Assembly: GCA_002269645.1 (NCBI GenBank)
Contig: NIVC01003005.1
Location: forward strand, 62,001-126,000
Source of the DNA: Macrostomum lignano
Lineage: Eukaryota
Direction of reading: 5' to 3'
Length of the DNA stretch: 64,000 nt
Positions 63,018-64,000 of the stretch are shown here, in pieces (position 1 is the stretch's first letter; the number at the start of each line of letters is the position of its first letter). A program made the translations under genes and the position numbers. The notes under the pieces are model-generated. The model did no database searches and was not told where the DNA came from. It saw only the letters and a list, made by a program, of their open reading frames with translations.

Positions 63018-64000
63018 TCTTTAAGTGGATAAGTCTAGGCACAGGGCTGTAGAGCTGTAGAGAAAAAAACGTAAATATTAAATGCACACTAATTCTTATG
63101 AGCAGTTTTGAGTGATACAGGCGTTAAAGAAGAAGCTAGCCCTGAACTTTGGTTAGCCGGAACACATTAAACAAGGAAAAGTGTATTTTAATTTTATTCT
63201 TAATAAAAGAAATTAATTATTAACTTGCAAAAATAGTTAATATAATTAAAAAGCTACAGGCTTCTGTAGAGTTAAAAACATAAAGAAGAGTTTATTTACA
63301 GTTTAATAAAAATCATTCGTTTTACCTTTTTGTCGTCGGAAATAAATGATCCGAATAGATTTTTTCATTGTTTCGTACCTTCAAGCGGGTTAAAAAATGT
63401 ACAATTGGCGAATAACCTGGCCATGGCGAGCTGGTTGTTAAAATAAAGTTTTTAGACCTTAATTTACGTTGTCTCTAATAATAAGCTAAGTTTGCTGTTG
63501 TTCTTACGGAATTCTAAAGAACATCATATGGAGACTTCCATTAATTGGGAAAAGGACTGGATGGCTCTTCCTTGTACCGATCCCAGCTTTTACAAACGTT
63601 ACAGTAAATAATGATACTTTTGCTATCGTTGAAGAAGAAATTAAGTAAGTCGATCTATAATTTGAGTTAAAAGAATTCAGTCGATGAATTGAATGGATGC
63701 ATGCATTCAACTTGAAAGTCCAGCTTTTACTATCAATTGAAACGCAGAGAAAAAGTGCCTTGTTCGGTCATATAACCTGCGGTGACTCGTGCATATGGAG
63801 ATTTATCTGGAACTTGTCGTGCGGGGGTGCGATTTTCACGAGGGCCCAGTCCACAAGTTCACACCTGATGATGAAATCAAGCACGTCATGCATCGTGTGC
63901 GCATCTACCGTGTACTGCCTGAACTGCCTGCACTTTTCAGTGGCTGCCGTTCGGCTGTCGTCTCAATTTGCGGCCTGTGAAGTCCAATACAACCGAAATA

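Overview
Eukaryotic (animal, probably invertebrate) genomic DNA. The GC-rich exons, poly-Q tracts and minisatellite-packed introns suggest a free-living flatworm such as Macrostomum, but that is inference. Manual splicing of the ORF track gives six protein-coding genes: mitoferrin (+, 7823-9461, 2 exons); a 7-cadherin-repeat delta-type protocadherin (-, 31801-19207, 6 exons, one 1-nt frameshift at ~29248); a claudin/PMP22-superfamily tetraspan protein (-, 35587-33934); a 149-aa secreted precursor with two six-cysteine knot-like domains that the ORF track does not show intact (-, 47785-44681, 3 exons); PNUTS/PPP1R10 (-, ~55517-51931); and a quiver/sleepless-type Ly6 GPI protein (-, 63017-56597). 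Almost every intron carries its own tandem repeat. One protocadherin intron is almost entirely branch-point-consensus (CTAAC/CTGAC) microsatellite. Mobile DNA includes a decayed hAT transposase, hAT-type MITEs with 8-bp target-site duplications, a TA/TAA MITE, two tRNA-headed CORE-type SINEs and a probable LTR+PBS remnant. Two AT-rich blocks (about 1-7.7 kb and 58.2-62.9 kb) are strongly CpG-depleted relative to the rest. The best novelty candidate is the double cystine-knot secreted peptide gene. No rRNA, true tRNA or CRISPR features were found.
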